Below are positions 51,361 through 64,000 of a DNA stretch of 64,000 nucleotides, piece by piece. Origin of the DNA: Felis catus. Its lineage: Eukaryota. The translations under genes and the position numbers were made by a program. Under the pieces are notes generated by a model, which was given only the letters and a program-made list of their open reading frames with translations, had not been told where the DNA came from and made no database searches. Location of the stretch: assembly GCF_018350175.1 (NCBI RefSeq), contig NC_058382.1:61072001-61136000 (forward strand), written 5' to 3'. Position 1 is the stretch's first letter; each line of letters begins with the position of its first letter.

Positions 51361-52259
51361 AAAAATCAGAATATATCCAAAAACATAAAAGGAAAATATG
51401 ATGAGGAACACAAAATAAAACACATAATAGAGACTGAACAAAGTAAAGACAGCTTTTTATTTTAATGATCCATAAAAGAGCCGAGCTGAAGTAGACAGGA
51501 CAAGCTAAATGGTGGAATAGGACAGTAATAAGGCAAGTCAGAAAGGAAGGACTTTCTGGTCAGCGGGAGGGAAAGCAGAGGGTGAAAAGAAGTGGCTGGC
51601 CTACCGGAGGTGACCGTGGGCCACACCCGGGCCAGACCCTGGCTGGGGCTAAACAATGGACCCACAGAACGCCTCTCCACACCGGAATATCAGAGGGGAT
51701 AGGAAAGTGACAGGGTTTTATAAAACTAATAAATATACATCATACATTCAAGTGAATGAGGATCCATAGACACGCATACACTAAATAGGCAATATGTACT
51801 AAGATTTACTGCAGGAATCGGGTTCCAGGGTTCTGAGGGCAGGTGGGGCGCGGCTCGTCTCAAGGTCTGTCGGCAGGTGGAATCCAGCCGCTCACGCTCC
51901 CTGGGCTGACTGTGGTCTGTAAACACATGGGCAGACCCCTTCACGGGGACACCTAAGCCAGAGTCTGAGGAACAGCACAGCCGCCTACCCCAGGTGACCC
52001 ACCACACACATGTACACATACATGCACGGAAACACCGCAGAGAAAGGTTTCTGGGCAGTGAAAATGTCATGTTTTAGGTTTTACCTTTGGCCGTGTTTCC
52101 TAATTTTCCAAAATGTGGATTACTGCTTCAACAATAAAGGCTATTTTTAAAAAGAGAAAACAGGTGACCATGAACATGCCCACCTTATCACTGCTATTAG
52201 GAAAAGAGTATTCAGCGATTCACCTGCAAGCATGAGGCCAGTCAGCTGCAGGTATCTCC

Positions 52260-53050
52260 TAAAAGGTCTGTTGCCAGACTGAGGAAGTGCCCTTGCATTT
52301 GCAGAGTTTTATCATAAATGGGCATGAGATTTTGTCAAATGCTTTTTTTTTTTTTTTTTTTTGCGGGGGCAGGGCAATCTTTAGAGATAATCTCATGGTT
52401 TTTCTCTTTTATTATGTCAATATGGTATATTACATTGATTTTTGAATGTTAAACCAAATTTGAATTCTGAGATAAATCCACTTGTCACGAAGTAGGACTA
52501 CCCTTTTGTGTTGCTGAATTTGCTACAAAGTAAGGACTTTTACAGCCACATTTGTGTGGACGTGGGCCTACACCTTCTTGTCCCGTCCTCTCTCTCTGAC
52601 TGTGCACACCCTCCCGTGCTGTGGAGGACCTGAGTATAACTGGCATCCCTTTCCTTCTTTAATGGATGGTATAAATCAACAGTGAGGCCAGGTGGGACTA
52701 GAGGTTTCTACGTGTCAAGAACTACAATTAAATATTCAATTTCTTTAATAGATACAGGGCTACTCAGGTGATCTATTTCTTCTTGAGTGAGCTTAGGTAA
52801 TTTGTGTCTTGTAAGGAATTCATTCATTTCATCTAAATTGTCAAATTTATTGACATAAAGTTAATAAAATTCCTTTATCCCTTTAATGGCTATAGGATCA
52901 TCGTGATAGTCCCTCTCTCATACCTGCGCCTGAAAAAGTTATGTCCTTTTTTTCCCTGATTTGTTTGGCTAAAGGTCGATCAGTTTTATTTATCTTTTCA
53001 AAGAACCAACTTTGGAGTTCATTAGTTTTTCTCTATTGCTTTTTTAAAAA
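52260..53050 (-). mobile_element. L1 ORF2 fragment, reverse orientation
   Basis: T-rich; reverse complement reads gttggttcttttgaaaagataaataaaactgat...gcatttgacaaaatc. Confidence 0.75.
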
Positions 53051-53454
53051 CTATCATTTTGATCGATGAAACAAGCAGAAGACATTCCACCCCCATTCAT
53101 GTGAAAAAGTGAGCACGCTAAGACAGAAAGACTTCGCCAACCTAATAAAGGCAATCTACTGAAACTCAGGAGGTGAGGACTTCACAGTGAAAGATGAAGC
53201 CTTCCCTCTCAGACTGAACAAGGCAAGAAAGCCCACTCTCAACACTTCTGTCCAGCATGCAGGACCTGGACGGTACAGGAAGACAAGAAAGAAACGGGTA
53301 TACAGAATGGGAAAAGGAAATGCGTCTTTACTCACATTGGCATAAACATCTATGTAGACCATTCTACAAAATCTATTTTTTAAAAAACTACAATAAGTAA
53401 CATTTGGCAAAGTTCCAAGATGTGTCCCTATTTTAAAATATGAATTGTATTTCA

Positions 53455-53920
53455 GGACACCTGGGTGGCTCAGTTGGTTAAGCGTCCGATTTTGGCTCGG
53501 GTCAGGATCTCGTGGTTTGTGAGTTCAAGCCCCGAACCTGGCTCTGTGCTGACAGCTCAGAGCCTGAAGCCTGCCTGGGATTCTGTGTCTCCCTCTCTCT
53601 CTGCCCCTCCCCTGCTCATGCTGTCTCTCAAAAATGAATAAATGTTTTTTAAAAAATTTGAAATATCCATTGTATCTCTATGCATCACCAACAAACAAGA
53701 GGACACCGAAATTGAAAAAACAATACATTCAGGCGCTGGCTCAGTCGGTTGAGCATCCGACGCTTGATTTTGGCTCAGGTCATGATCTCACAGTTGTGGG
53801 ACTGAGCCTCATGTTGGGCTCTGCGCCGAGCCAGGGGCCTGCTTGGGATTCTCTCTCTCTGCCCCTCCCCTACTCACGCTTGTTCACGTGTGCGCTCTCT
53901 CTCAAAATAAATAAACTTCA
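53455..53920 (+). mobile_element. Two CAN-SINEs (53455-53657, 53731-53920) within an L1
   Basis: Two head, body and tail units. Confidence 0.85.
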
Positions 53921-54164
53921 AAGGAAAAAACACAATACACTGAGTAATGTGCCAAATTGCTGAATCACTATACTGTATACATGAAAGTAGTATAACACTG
54001 TAATTAAAAAAATACAGTCACAACAGCACCCCCAAAATGAATTACTTAGGGATGAAATGTGTGCAAGACCTCCCTCAATAAACATAAGATTCCCTGCTAA
54101 CATGTCAGTTCTCCCCAAATTAATTTACACATTCAACACCATCTCAATCAAATTCCCATCTCTT

Positions 54165-54377
54165 GGGGCGCCTGGGTGGCACAGTCGGTTGGGCGTCCGA
54201 CTTCAGCCAGGTCACGATCTCGCGGTCCGTGAGTTCGAGCCCCGCGTCGGGCTCTGGGCTGATGGCTCAGAGCCTGGAGCCTGTTTCCGATTCTGTGTCT
54301 CCCTCTCTCTCTGCCCCACCCCCGTTCATGCTCTGTCTCTCTCTGTCCCAAAAATAAGTAAACGTTGAAAAAAAAAA
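54165..54377 (+). mobile_element. Young felid-type CAN-SINE with a perfect 15-bp TSD, inserted in L1 ORF2
   Basis: TSD aaattcccatctctt at 54150-54164 and 54378-54392. Confidence 0.95.
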
Positions 54378-57300
54378 AAATTCCCATCTCTTTTTTGTAG
54401 TACGTGACGAGCATATTCTGAAGTATACCATGCAAATGAAGGCCCACATGGGAAGCCGGACCCTACAGTTCCGGACTTCCTATGAGGCTACAGTAATCAA
54501 GACAGCGTGACACTGACACGCAGACCGATGGAAGAGAACAGAGTCCAGAAACAGACTCTCACATACACACACTTCTCAAGAAAAGTAAAGCAACTGAGCG
54601 GGAAACGGGAAACCATAATCTCGTCAGCAGGTGGAGCTGGAATAACTTGGATGCCCCCACGCAGAAGCAGCAGGGCGAGGAGGCTTTAACCTTGCCTCAC
54701 ACGAAAATGATCTCAAAACGGATTAGAAAACTGAATCCAAGAACCAGAACTACATAACTTCTAGAAAATGTAAGAGAAAATTTTTGTGACGTTAGGTCAG
54801 ACAAAAAGTGGAAAGCAGCTAAGAAAAAACACCTGTTGGACTTCAATAAAAACTTGTGCTCTTCAAAGACACTGAATTAAATGAAAAGTCAAGCCACAAA
54901 CTGGGAGAAAGTATTTGCACAAGAAAAATCTGGTGATGCACTTGTGTCTGAAATACACAAAGAATGCTCAGTAACATTTTATTAAATAGACAAAAATAAA
55001 TAAATATGCATGGATACTTCACCAAACAAGATATATAGAAGATCCCCCCCACCCCGCCCCGCAAAACCAAAAAATAACCTGCAACATTTGTCATTAGGGA
55101 AGGGAAAGGAAGTCCACAAGGGACACCACTAGAAATCCACTTAGAACGGCCAGATTACAGAGACTAACCACACCAGGGACAGTGAGGAAACACAGCCAAT
55201 GGACTCTCATTCACCCTTGGTGGGATCAAGGTACTTCGTGTACAGTCACTTTGAAACAGTTTGGCAGGTTCCTAAAAAACTAAACGTTTCCCTGCCACGT
55301 GATCCAGAAATCCCAGTCCCAAGTATTTGCCAGAGAGAAAGTAAAGCATAGAGCCACGTACAGTGCTTTGTATGTAATTATTCATAGCAGCTTTTTTGTA
55401 ATAGCTAAAAATTGGAAACTGTGCAAATGTCTATCAACTACTGATTAGACAAACATGTGACATATGCATCCAACGGCAGAGTGTGCTAAGTGAAAGAAAC
55501 CATTCATATTATATTGTAGAAAAAGAAAGCCTACAACGACAAGGTCCAGCAGTGGTGCCCTGGGTCCAGGGACCCAGGAAGGTGTTGGCTACAAACGGGC
55601 ACTTCCCAGGGCGATGGAGAAGTTCTATGTCACGGCTGTGGTGCTGGGAACGGGACTCACTGGTGTTAAAACCTACCACACTCTACACTTTGCGTATGAA
55701 ACCGTTGCATTTTGTAACACTTAAGTTATGTCTCCATAAAGCTCCCAGAAAGAGGGGCTGAGGAGGTAAGAGCGACAAGGAGGACCGTCTCTTTAAGAGG
55801 ACTTCTGCCATAAGGGGAGCAAAGAAATGGGGTGGCAGTTGGTGGTAAAAGGGGGGTTGGGGTTTTTTTTGGAAAGAAGGGGGAAGGACAGCAAGTTTGC
55901 ACGCTGATGAGGGGGCACCTCACACTCACCCCTCCAAAAGCAAGTCTGGGGGAGAGGAGTCGGGAAGGGAGGTACTCGTGCCCTGTGGGGCAGCGGCTGT
56001 GGCAGGAGCAGGCAAAGGGCAACTCCGGTGCGTGCCGGGCACACGGACGGCCAATGGGACGTGCGCACGGCTTCTCCAGAAGGATTTGTCAGCGTGGTTC
56101 CCGTGGCCATGTCAGCTGGGCCGGAGTCTGACCAGCGCAGGGCTGGGAAGGGGCCACCTGCTCACGACCAAGTTAAACAGCTGATCCTCGTTTGTATGCA
56201 GATGCGGTCCCTGCTCACACAGGGTCACGCCCGACTTTCTAATGAAGCGTCTGATAGACTCTCTTTAATGTGTCTCTAAGTTGAACCCTGGACATCTGGG
56301 TTCTCTGTTTTTGCCATTATAAACAATACTCCATGGACATCCTTATTCTTGTTATGTGTCCATAGGTACACGTGCCCCGAGCACCACACGGTATGGGATT
56401 CCATGACAGGAAATGTCTAGAAAAGGCAAAGCCATAGGGACAGAAAGTAGGTGGGTGGCCTGCTCAGGGTGGGGAGGGGGTGAGCAGTGCTGGCCACAGG
56501 CCACGGGTTTCTTTCCGAGGGGACGAAAGCACCGTGAAGCGGAGTGTGAGTGGGGTGTGGTGTTATCTGCGAACCCACGGAAGACCCTCAACGGGGCTAC
56601 TGTGCAGTATGCAGGGGGGATTTCAACAAGGCTGACACCTGCTTCCAACAACCTGGACCTGGTGCCCGAGGGATGGACTGTGGTTGGAAGGAATGGGCGT
56701 CACGATGAGGGCGGGGGGGGGGGGGGGGGGGGGGCGGCGGCACGTGCCGCACCCAAGCCAGGGTCAAAGCCAGGTGTCCAGACCCAGTGAAGATCTTTTC
56801 CACCTCTTGCCGGCAGGCAGCACACCTCGGCGTGGCCCCGGAGAAACGTGCTCATTCTGTGGTCAGTGGGCACGGGGGCACCTCCTGGGCACAGAGGGGG
56901 CATGTCAAGGAAGCTTCCGCACTGTCAGGCCGCTTGGCAAACGCCACTCCAGGAGCAGCCGCACCTCCCTCCTGTGCAGCCCCCACGTCCTCGGGAGGCC
57001 CGTGGCCGCCTCTCGCCCAGTCGCGCCCAGGCTTCGGCAGAAAAGCGTCCTGGGGCCCTGGTCAACGTGGCTTCCACCTGCTCCTGGGAACATGTGTCGC
57101 CAGCCTGCACGTGGCGCTATCCTCACGGCCACGGCGCCTCCAGCACCACCTCTGCCACCGTCTCTTCCGCGCAGTGGCACGTTTCGGCAAAGGGGACCAT
57201 TACACCAATACTGTTTTTAAAGTCACATATTTCATGAAAGGGGTATACATTTTAAAGACCTAAATATTAACTGTACAGGGTCTATTTTGTTCATCCTAAT

Positions 57301-57736
57301 AACATGGATGTAAAATTGTAACACAAGGCAAAGGCTGTCAGGAAAAGTCATCACAAATGAACACTGTCCAGGCAACTGGATGGACCCAGTCGCGTATTTA
57401 TGTAATGTCACATTTCCAAGAAGCAGACCCCCAGACATGACACTACAGCCCTCAGCACGGAGACACCAAACACGAGACCAGCCACTGAGGGGGAGGCAGG
57501 GACTACCCGCGCCTGGGGCAGCAAGCCGTGTGGGGCAGAGCTGGGGCGGGGAAGCCCCACGCCGGCCCAGCGGCACCCCTGCCAGGGCCCCGGCCATCCG
57601 CTCGGCCAGCAGCGTCACTTTAGTGCACGGGGCAGGGCGGGGAGCTTTGGAAGAACTGTGGCTCCTTCCGAGGCACAAGTCTTCACAAAGTGGTCCTACA
57701 TGTGAGAAACGCTGCATTAGGAAAACAAATGTCCTC

Positions 57737-57928
57737 GGGGCATCTGGGGAGCTCAGCCGGTTAAGCGTCTACCTTCGGCTCAGGTCGTGATCTCATGGTT
57801 TGGGAGCTGGAGCCCCATGTCAGGCTCTCTGCCGTCAGCGCAAAGCCTGCTTGAGATCGTCTGTCCCCCCCGCCCCTCCCCCTCCCTCCCTCTCTCTCTC
57901 AAAAATAAACTTAAAAAATTTTTAAAAA
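57737..57928 (+). mobile_element. CAN-SINE
   Basis: Head, CT tract, A tail. Confidence 0.85.
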
Positions 57929-60129
57929 GAAAGAAGAAAAAGGTCCTTGTTGAAGCACAGTATCTCACCCTGCAATTCGAAAAGCCTCCTCTTCGTCCTC
58001 ACTCTCGATTTGAGAAAGGATGCTCCGAGACCATCAATATTCTCCCCAAATACAATCTCAGGGAGCAGCGCCGTGTGAAGCTGGCCAGTCACCTGCACCG
58101 GCAACCCCACGGCAGGCAAAACATGGGGACCCTCACGAGGCCAGGAGATGTCAAGGTGTGCCGAGCGGTCCCCTGCTCCTCCCAGATGGGCCCTGGCGAG
58201 GCTGCAGCCACCAGACGCGGTTCCCTGTGGACGCTGGATCATCAAAGCGTGCGGATGCCGTGCTGCTCTGCAATGTCCTGTGCTGAAAAAGAGTCCCCCC
58301 GCCCCCCCCCAAAAGAAAGAGTCCCCAGAGGCGGAGGGGGGCAGGGGCAGATCCTCCAAGCCCAAGGAGTGGCTCATGGTGACGTGCCGGACACGCGTGA
58401 GGATCTAAGGAACTATTGGAACAACAGGTGTTTTTACCCAAAAAAACATCGGAAAAGGTCGAGATGTTGCCAAGTCTTCCCGCACAGACAGTCGCGGGTC
58501 TCAGGAGGGGAAGGGGCAGGGGACCCTCGTCCCTGTGCCACCACCCCCCGGCCCCCAGATGTCCCCATGAGGGCCGAAGACACGGGAGCCATCATCCCAG
58601 ACTAACGTCTCATCAGCCAGGCTGTTTTGCTTAAAAGATCCAACCAGGGCTAACAAGAATTCTGTGAAAATGTCAAATTATCACCCGTGGCGAGCTTCGC
58701 CTCAGTACGAGCTCTGTGTGCTGCTTCTGAAAGCTTTCTTTTCCAGCTACGACAATAAACTCAGAACCAGACCCACTAATCACAAGTGTTATACGTAACA
58801 AGATGTTTTAAAACCAGAAGTTTTATTCCGCTGATCCACAAAGTAAGAACCCAAGATGCTTCGCTGTTCCTTTACCTTGGAGAGGGCAGACATATAGCGA
58901 GGGGGGCAGCAGGTTCCTGAACACCTGGTGCCTGGTGGGTGGGCACCTATTTACAGGCAGCAACCCTCCTGCAGAGCTTCTGGGGGGTGGGTGGGAACCA
59001 GGAAGTAACCCCATGACACGAGTAAAGAGAAAACATCTTCCCGCTGGGGAGACGGGGGCTCGGGACTGGAAGTCAACAGAAACCAGAGGAAAACCCAGGG
59101 CCTCTCCCTGGAATGCCTCCCCAAGCGCTGGGAACCGAAGAGCTGGACGCCTGGTGAGCAGGGCAGGTGCACAGAAGAAAGAGGAGAAACGCACCCGATG
59201 GCCTTGGCCCAGAGCCGCGCTCGCTCGGGAGGGCCGCCTCACGTCGCACCCGTGGGAGAAGAGAGTGGACAACTGCGAGAGCATTCTGAAAACTTCACCA
59301 CCAACCGCCACTTTTCCCGACAAAGGACAGTATTTCTATTCTCAAATTTATAATCCGTATCTTTTAAAAAATGCAACATTTATAGATTGCAAACAATGAA
59401 CAGTCTGTTCTGGATTTTTAAAAGTTATTTATCACTGATTCTCGACAGTCCGAAGGAGACATCTTTTGTCAAGGGGGAAGGGGAAAGTTCCCTTTGTGAC
59501 AGGTGTCTTTCTCTGTCATCACTGAATGAGGGACGCTGGACAGCAGCTGGCCGTGCCATGCGGCCGGATGCACACACTACTGGCTCCGACAGCAGCTCTT
59601 TCAGAAGGTTCTAGTCCAATTCTATGGACCCCCTGAAAGGATGGAGCTCCTCCCCCAGGAGACTCGGGGCTGGTGGGGTCGGCTCCTGGCCAACCCCAAC
59701 TGTCATGGGGATCGGCGGGCTGCTCCCTCAGGACGACAGATTCCACTGCTGACAGTTCAACATCCACGTTTGACACCTTTTATTCTAGAAACATACTGCA
59801 AGATAACCCCAGGGCAGAGATGGGAGTGAGGATGAGGATGTGGGAATAACGACGGGGGCGGGTGGTGGGCGGAGGGTGACGGGAGTGGTGCTGCAACGAG
59901 CCGAGCCTACGTGCACGCGCCTCCGAAGGGCAGGGTGGCTGCCGGGATGGACAGTCTTTGTCTACCCAGGACTCCTCTCCGACCAACAGCCCTGCTGGTG
60001 AAGGCAGCACCATGCTATCAAGGAAGAGAGAGAAACCGCTGACCACGTGTCCTGACTGGCTGGCATCTCGGGGGGGGCACCGAGCAGCAGGCCAGGCAGG
60101 GTGAGGACAGACACGAGTCCCGTGCAGGG

Positions 60130-60780
60130 CCGGCAGGAACGTAAAGTGGTGCGGCTGCCACCGAAACATCACGGCGGATCCTCAACAAAGTGAGTATGAA
60201 ACTATGCCAGTAGGTCCAGCAATCCCCCTTCTGGGAACACACCCCAAAGAAATGAACGCAGGGTCTCAAAGAGATGTCTGCACCCGCACAGTCACATCAG
60301 CGTTACTCACGACAGCCAAGACATGGAAGCAACTCAACCATCCATCCACAGATGAATGGATAAAGATGCTGTGTTTACACACAATGGGGTGTTATTCAGC
60401 CTGCAAAGGAAAGGATATCCTGACACCTGCTTTAACAAGGATGAAACTTACGGACATCATGCTCAGTGGCATAAGCCAGATAAAGACAAATACTGTGTGA
60501 TTCCACTTCTTTTTTTAGTATTTATTTTTGAGAGAGTGTGCGTGTGCGCATGTGCTCACAAGCAGGGGAGGCAGAGAGAATTTCAAGCAGACTCTGTGCT
60601 GTGAGCGTGGAACCTGACATGGGGCTCGAACTCACCAAACCGTGAGATCATGACCTGAGCCAAAATCAAGAGTCAGACACTCAACCGACTGAGCCCCCCA
60701 GGCGCCCCTGTGTGATTCCACTTCTAAGAGGCCCCTAGAGGAATCAGATCCATACAGACAAGACAGAGATGGGGTGACAA
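60130..60780 (+). mobile_element. L1 ORF2 C-terminus and 3'UTR fragment
   Basis: ORF 60204..60500 reads PAIPLLGTHPKEM...AKTWKQLNHPSTDEWIK, an L1 ORF2 C-terminal relic. Confidence 0.85.
60511..60708 (-). mobile_element. CAN-SINE inserted in an L1 3' end
   Basis: 17-bp TSD tgtgtgattccacttct at 60494-60510 and 60709-60725. Confidence 0.92.
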
Positions 60781-61611
60781 CAGGCCATCCATGATTGAGG
60801 CCATCACAGCCCATCCCAACCGGGCCTCCTTCCCCCGACAGGATAACCCCCTCCTGGCCTGGCCTCCCCTCGGCCCGATCAGAGCAGGAGAAGCGCCCAC
60901 ACCGCGGCCCTGGGGCCCCAGGCTCCCAGCAAGCCAAGAGGGGGCTGTGCCTGTCACACAGTAAACCAGGGGACCTTGCTGCTGGAGAGGAGCAACGGCG
61001 GGCCGCTGTGCTCAGCCCCTCCCGGACCACCGTTCCCTGGAGTGCCCAAAGCAATGCTCAGGAGCAGAGTGGTTTCCACCTGGATGTGGGGGTCTAGGAG
61101 GGGAGCTTCTGGACCAGGGGCCGCAGGTGAGCAGGTCAGAGGACAGAACATGGAGCATGCAAGCCAAGCAGAGTTCAAGGCGGGGGGGGGGGGGGGGGGG
61201 ACCTGGGAGAGGCACTGCCACCCTCCACTCCTGCAGGCCTGCTGCCAGGACACCCACCTCTCCAGGCGGCCGGAGGGCGGGCTGCTCCGTTCAGGGAACA
61301 CCCTTCCTTTCTCTTGGCCTTTCTTGTAAACAACACTAAGATCAAAGGGATGAAAGTATGAAGTCCTTCAAAACACAAACCAGGTGCCATCACTGCACTC
61401 ACTTTCTGAAAGCTGTCCTTAAAAACCGTTCTGTGAGCACGACCTTTTCCTTTAATGAAACCACTTCTCACTATCACGGGGCCTCCCGGGACTCCTCCAG
61501 GCCACACGCTGCAGGTTCTATGTCCCCAAGCACCACCAGCAGCGTCCACATGTACAGCTTGAGGACCCAGAGAGACTGGCTCCCTCACTGGTTTTAACAA
61601 TGGAGAAACGA

Positions 61612-61838
61612 GGGGCGCCTGGGTGATGGCTCAGTCGGTTAAGAGTCTGACTTCAGCTCAGGTCATGATCTCAAGGTCCACGAGTTCGAGCCCCGTGTCG
61701 GGCTCTGTGCTGACAGCTCAAGAGCCTGGAGCCTGCTTCAGATCTGTGTCTCCCTGTCTCTGCTCCTCCCCTGCTTGTGCTCTGTCTCTCTCACTCTCAA
61801 AAACTCAGTAAATGTTTAAAAAAAAAAAAAAAAAAAAA
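61612..61838 (+). mobile_element. CAN-SINE
   Basis: Full element; flanking acaatggagaaac duplication. Confidence 0.9.
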
Positions 61839-62713
61839 GACAGACAATGGAGAAACTGAGACCACAGATGAAACTTTTAACACAATGTTATGGCCAAAGG
61901 TGTGGCCATTTCCAAGGCCAGGGCTGCAGCGTGCGCCCTTACGGGCCTGACCTTCATGAGCAGTGCAGACAGGGAGCCGCTAGGTGAGCCCTGCCCTGTG
62001 CAGCCCACAGCAGGTGCACACCCCTAGCAGGACCGAGTGCTACGTGTGTGAGTGCGCACAGCTCAGCGACAGGGCCAAGAGCAACGCAGACGATGTCTCT
62101 GCTACCGGAACCCAATGTGCACAGCAGGTTACTCATCACACATGGGAACGACCCCTGCACGGCCTTCCTCCTTCATGGTTACACGGGCCTTACTCACAGG
62201 TTCTGTTCAAAGTGGGTTCAGAAAAATAAAGAACACACACAAAACCAAAACTTTTGAGCTAAGATTTTGCCATCTGGCCAACAGGAAATCTACACATATA
62301 TTCTCCAAAGGAAGGAGCCAGGCGGTTCCAGAGGTTTCCTTGCTGGGAGGCCAGCCCCAGTGACTCTGAGCTGGCTCTGTAAACAATGCACACTCGTCCA
62401 GCACGCATCCTGGCATCCGGAAAGAAAACTCGTGTCTTGGAGATTACATATACTCCCAAGCCAGAGAAGGTGAAATGGAGAGCAGGCCGCTGGCAGAGGG
62501 CCATGTCTTCCGTCACCTTCACCACGGCTTCGACGGCCCTGACCCAGGGCGCCTCCTGCAGCCAACCACAGAGAGGGTTCCACAGCCACCAGCGTGCTGT
62601 CCTGGGCCGGGATGGCCCTTGTGGCAGACAGCAGAGGGCCACGCGACAGTCACGGGACATCATTCACCTTGTGCCAGTAACCCTCACATATCTCGCTTCA
62701 AGACTCAGTTTCA

Positions 62714-62902
62714 GGGGTGTCTGGGTGTCTCAGTCAGTTGAGCATCTGACTCTTCATCTCGGCTCAGGTCATGATCTCAGGTTTCTGGGTTCAAACCTCA
62801 CGTCGGGCTCTGCACTGACAGCATGGGGCCTGCTTGGGAATCTCTCTCTCTGCCCCTCCTCTGCTTGTGCTCTCTCTCAAAATAAATAAAATTTTTTAAA
62901 AA
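62714..62902 (+). mobile_element. CAN-SINE
   Basis: Flanking aagactcagtttca / aagattcagtttca. Confidence 0.9.
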
Positions 62903-63921
62903 AGATTCAGTTTCAGCTTTAGTGTTTTGTTTTTTGGCTTAAGATTCTGCAACGTTACTCATTGCCATTTTAATGTCTGTTAGTAAAGGACACCTAGTTC
63001 AGTAAAGACCCAGATGCCATCAACTGCATCTTGCGACAGAGGGTTCAAATATGACACAGGAGACTGGTGGCTTCAGCCCTGCCCACTCGGCCCAAGTGAA
63101 GCCACAGGCGGAAGTGATGTCACTCTGCTGGACCGTCACCAGTCGGCCCACGAAGGAGAAGGGCATCGACACCATCAGGCCCAAGTCCTTTGCCCGGAGC
63201 CCGTTTCTGCCACATCTACGTTACCAGTTACTTACTGAGCAAAGCTGTCCTCTGCTTCAAAACATTCCAGAGACTTTAGCCAATCACTGCCAATGTCCTC
63301 ATCTAAAGGATGGCTCCAGGAAACAATCTCAAAAGCAAGACCACAGACGTACCCCCTTGTCCTCCACACAGGACGGGTGTCTCTACAAACCAATGCCCGA
63401 TGCAGACAGCTCAAGAATCCTGTTTTATTTTTAGTGAAGACCAAACCAGATCCCCACGGAAGCCACTTTCCATACGCTCCAACTGCTGCAACCACACAGT
63501 GAGAGGGTGACTCCTCGGACCCAGCAGAGTCCCTGGGCTGTGCCTGGCAGCAGCCATGGGCCTCTCGTTCAGCTCCTGCCTCTTTGCCGAGGTCTGGCTT
63601 TCTCGGCTGTTCTGGCTAATCCTATGCTCTGAGCCTTGGCTGCTGGCCACAGCAGTTATTAATGGCACTTGAGATTCTTCCACACCTGCCTCTCTGCCTT
63701 CTCCACACGGCACCTGCAGCTGGAACCTGACTCCCGGACACTCTGCACCTGCAGCTGGAACCTGATTCCCTATGTGGCACCTTCACCTTCCTCCTCTAGA
63801 AGCAGCGTGAGATGCCCAAGTGACACAGAAGGGAAGAGACAGCGGCACTCACCAGACTCTCTGTAAGAGCTACAAAACCTAAAAACAACAAATGTCACAG
63901 ATACCAAAATTAGCATCACAT

Positions 63922-64000
63922 ATTTTAAGTTTGTTTGCTTATTTTGAGAGACATAGAGCAAGCCGGGAGCGGGGGGGGGCGGGTAGAGAGACAGAATCCC
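63922..64000 (-). mobile_element. CAN-SINE 3' part, cut by the window edge
   Basis: ttttaagtttgtttgcttattttgagagaca...agaatccc. Confidence 0.75.

Larger units (their letters stand above)
53060..55740 (+). mobile_element. Degraded L1 ORF2 to 3'UTR, with three SINE insertions
   Basis: Remnant peptide MSVLPKLIYTFNTISIKFP (ORF 54057..), ctacagtaatcaagacag, gatccagaaatcccagtcccaagtatt. Confidence 0.8.

Noticed and set aside
60204..60500. 98-aa ORF as an independent gene
   Set aside because: Remnant of the L1 ORF2 C-terminus.
28635..61200. Long C/G homopolymers (about 28635, 38970, 56713, 61182)
   Set aside because: Common in GC-rich loci, lengths are prone to sequencing error, and no shared context.
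20582..62902. tRNA-like A/B boxes as tRNA genes
   Set aside because: They are CAN-SINE heads followed by CT tracts and polyA tails.

Overview
Eukaryotic (mammalian) genomic DNA, very probably from a felid carnivore, judged by abundant tRNA-derived CAN-SINEs including young felid-type copies. The whole window lies inside ANKRD11 (ankyrin repeat domain 11, the KBG-syndrome chromatin co-regulator), transcribed on the minus strand. Seven coding exons were traced with GT-AG boundaries and one continuous reading frame: 24949-24863 (start ATG), 18966-18828, 9131-8961, 8860-8657, 7487-7345, 5189-5042, and the giant exon from 4753 running off the left edge (about 1,880 codons in the window). Positions above about 25,010 are a GC-rich upstream intron full of CAN-SINEs, old L1 fragments, LTRs and DNA-transposon relics; the promoter and first non-coding exons are outside the window. 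No prokaryote-type system, CRISPR array or intact transposon ORF was found. The most interesting signal is a possible layered dosage-control architecture on a haploinsufficient gene. It comprises three packed uORFs just before the start codon, a candidate poison exon in the intron after the second coding exon, candidate AUG-bearing 5'UTR cassette exons, three NAGNAG acceptors, and a sense-strand solo LTR with a CCAAT array, an intact TATA box and an apparently disabled polyA signal 2.8 kb upstream of the first coding exon. These regulatory calls are inferences from motifs and need RNA data; repeat family names are from pattern recognition only.
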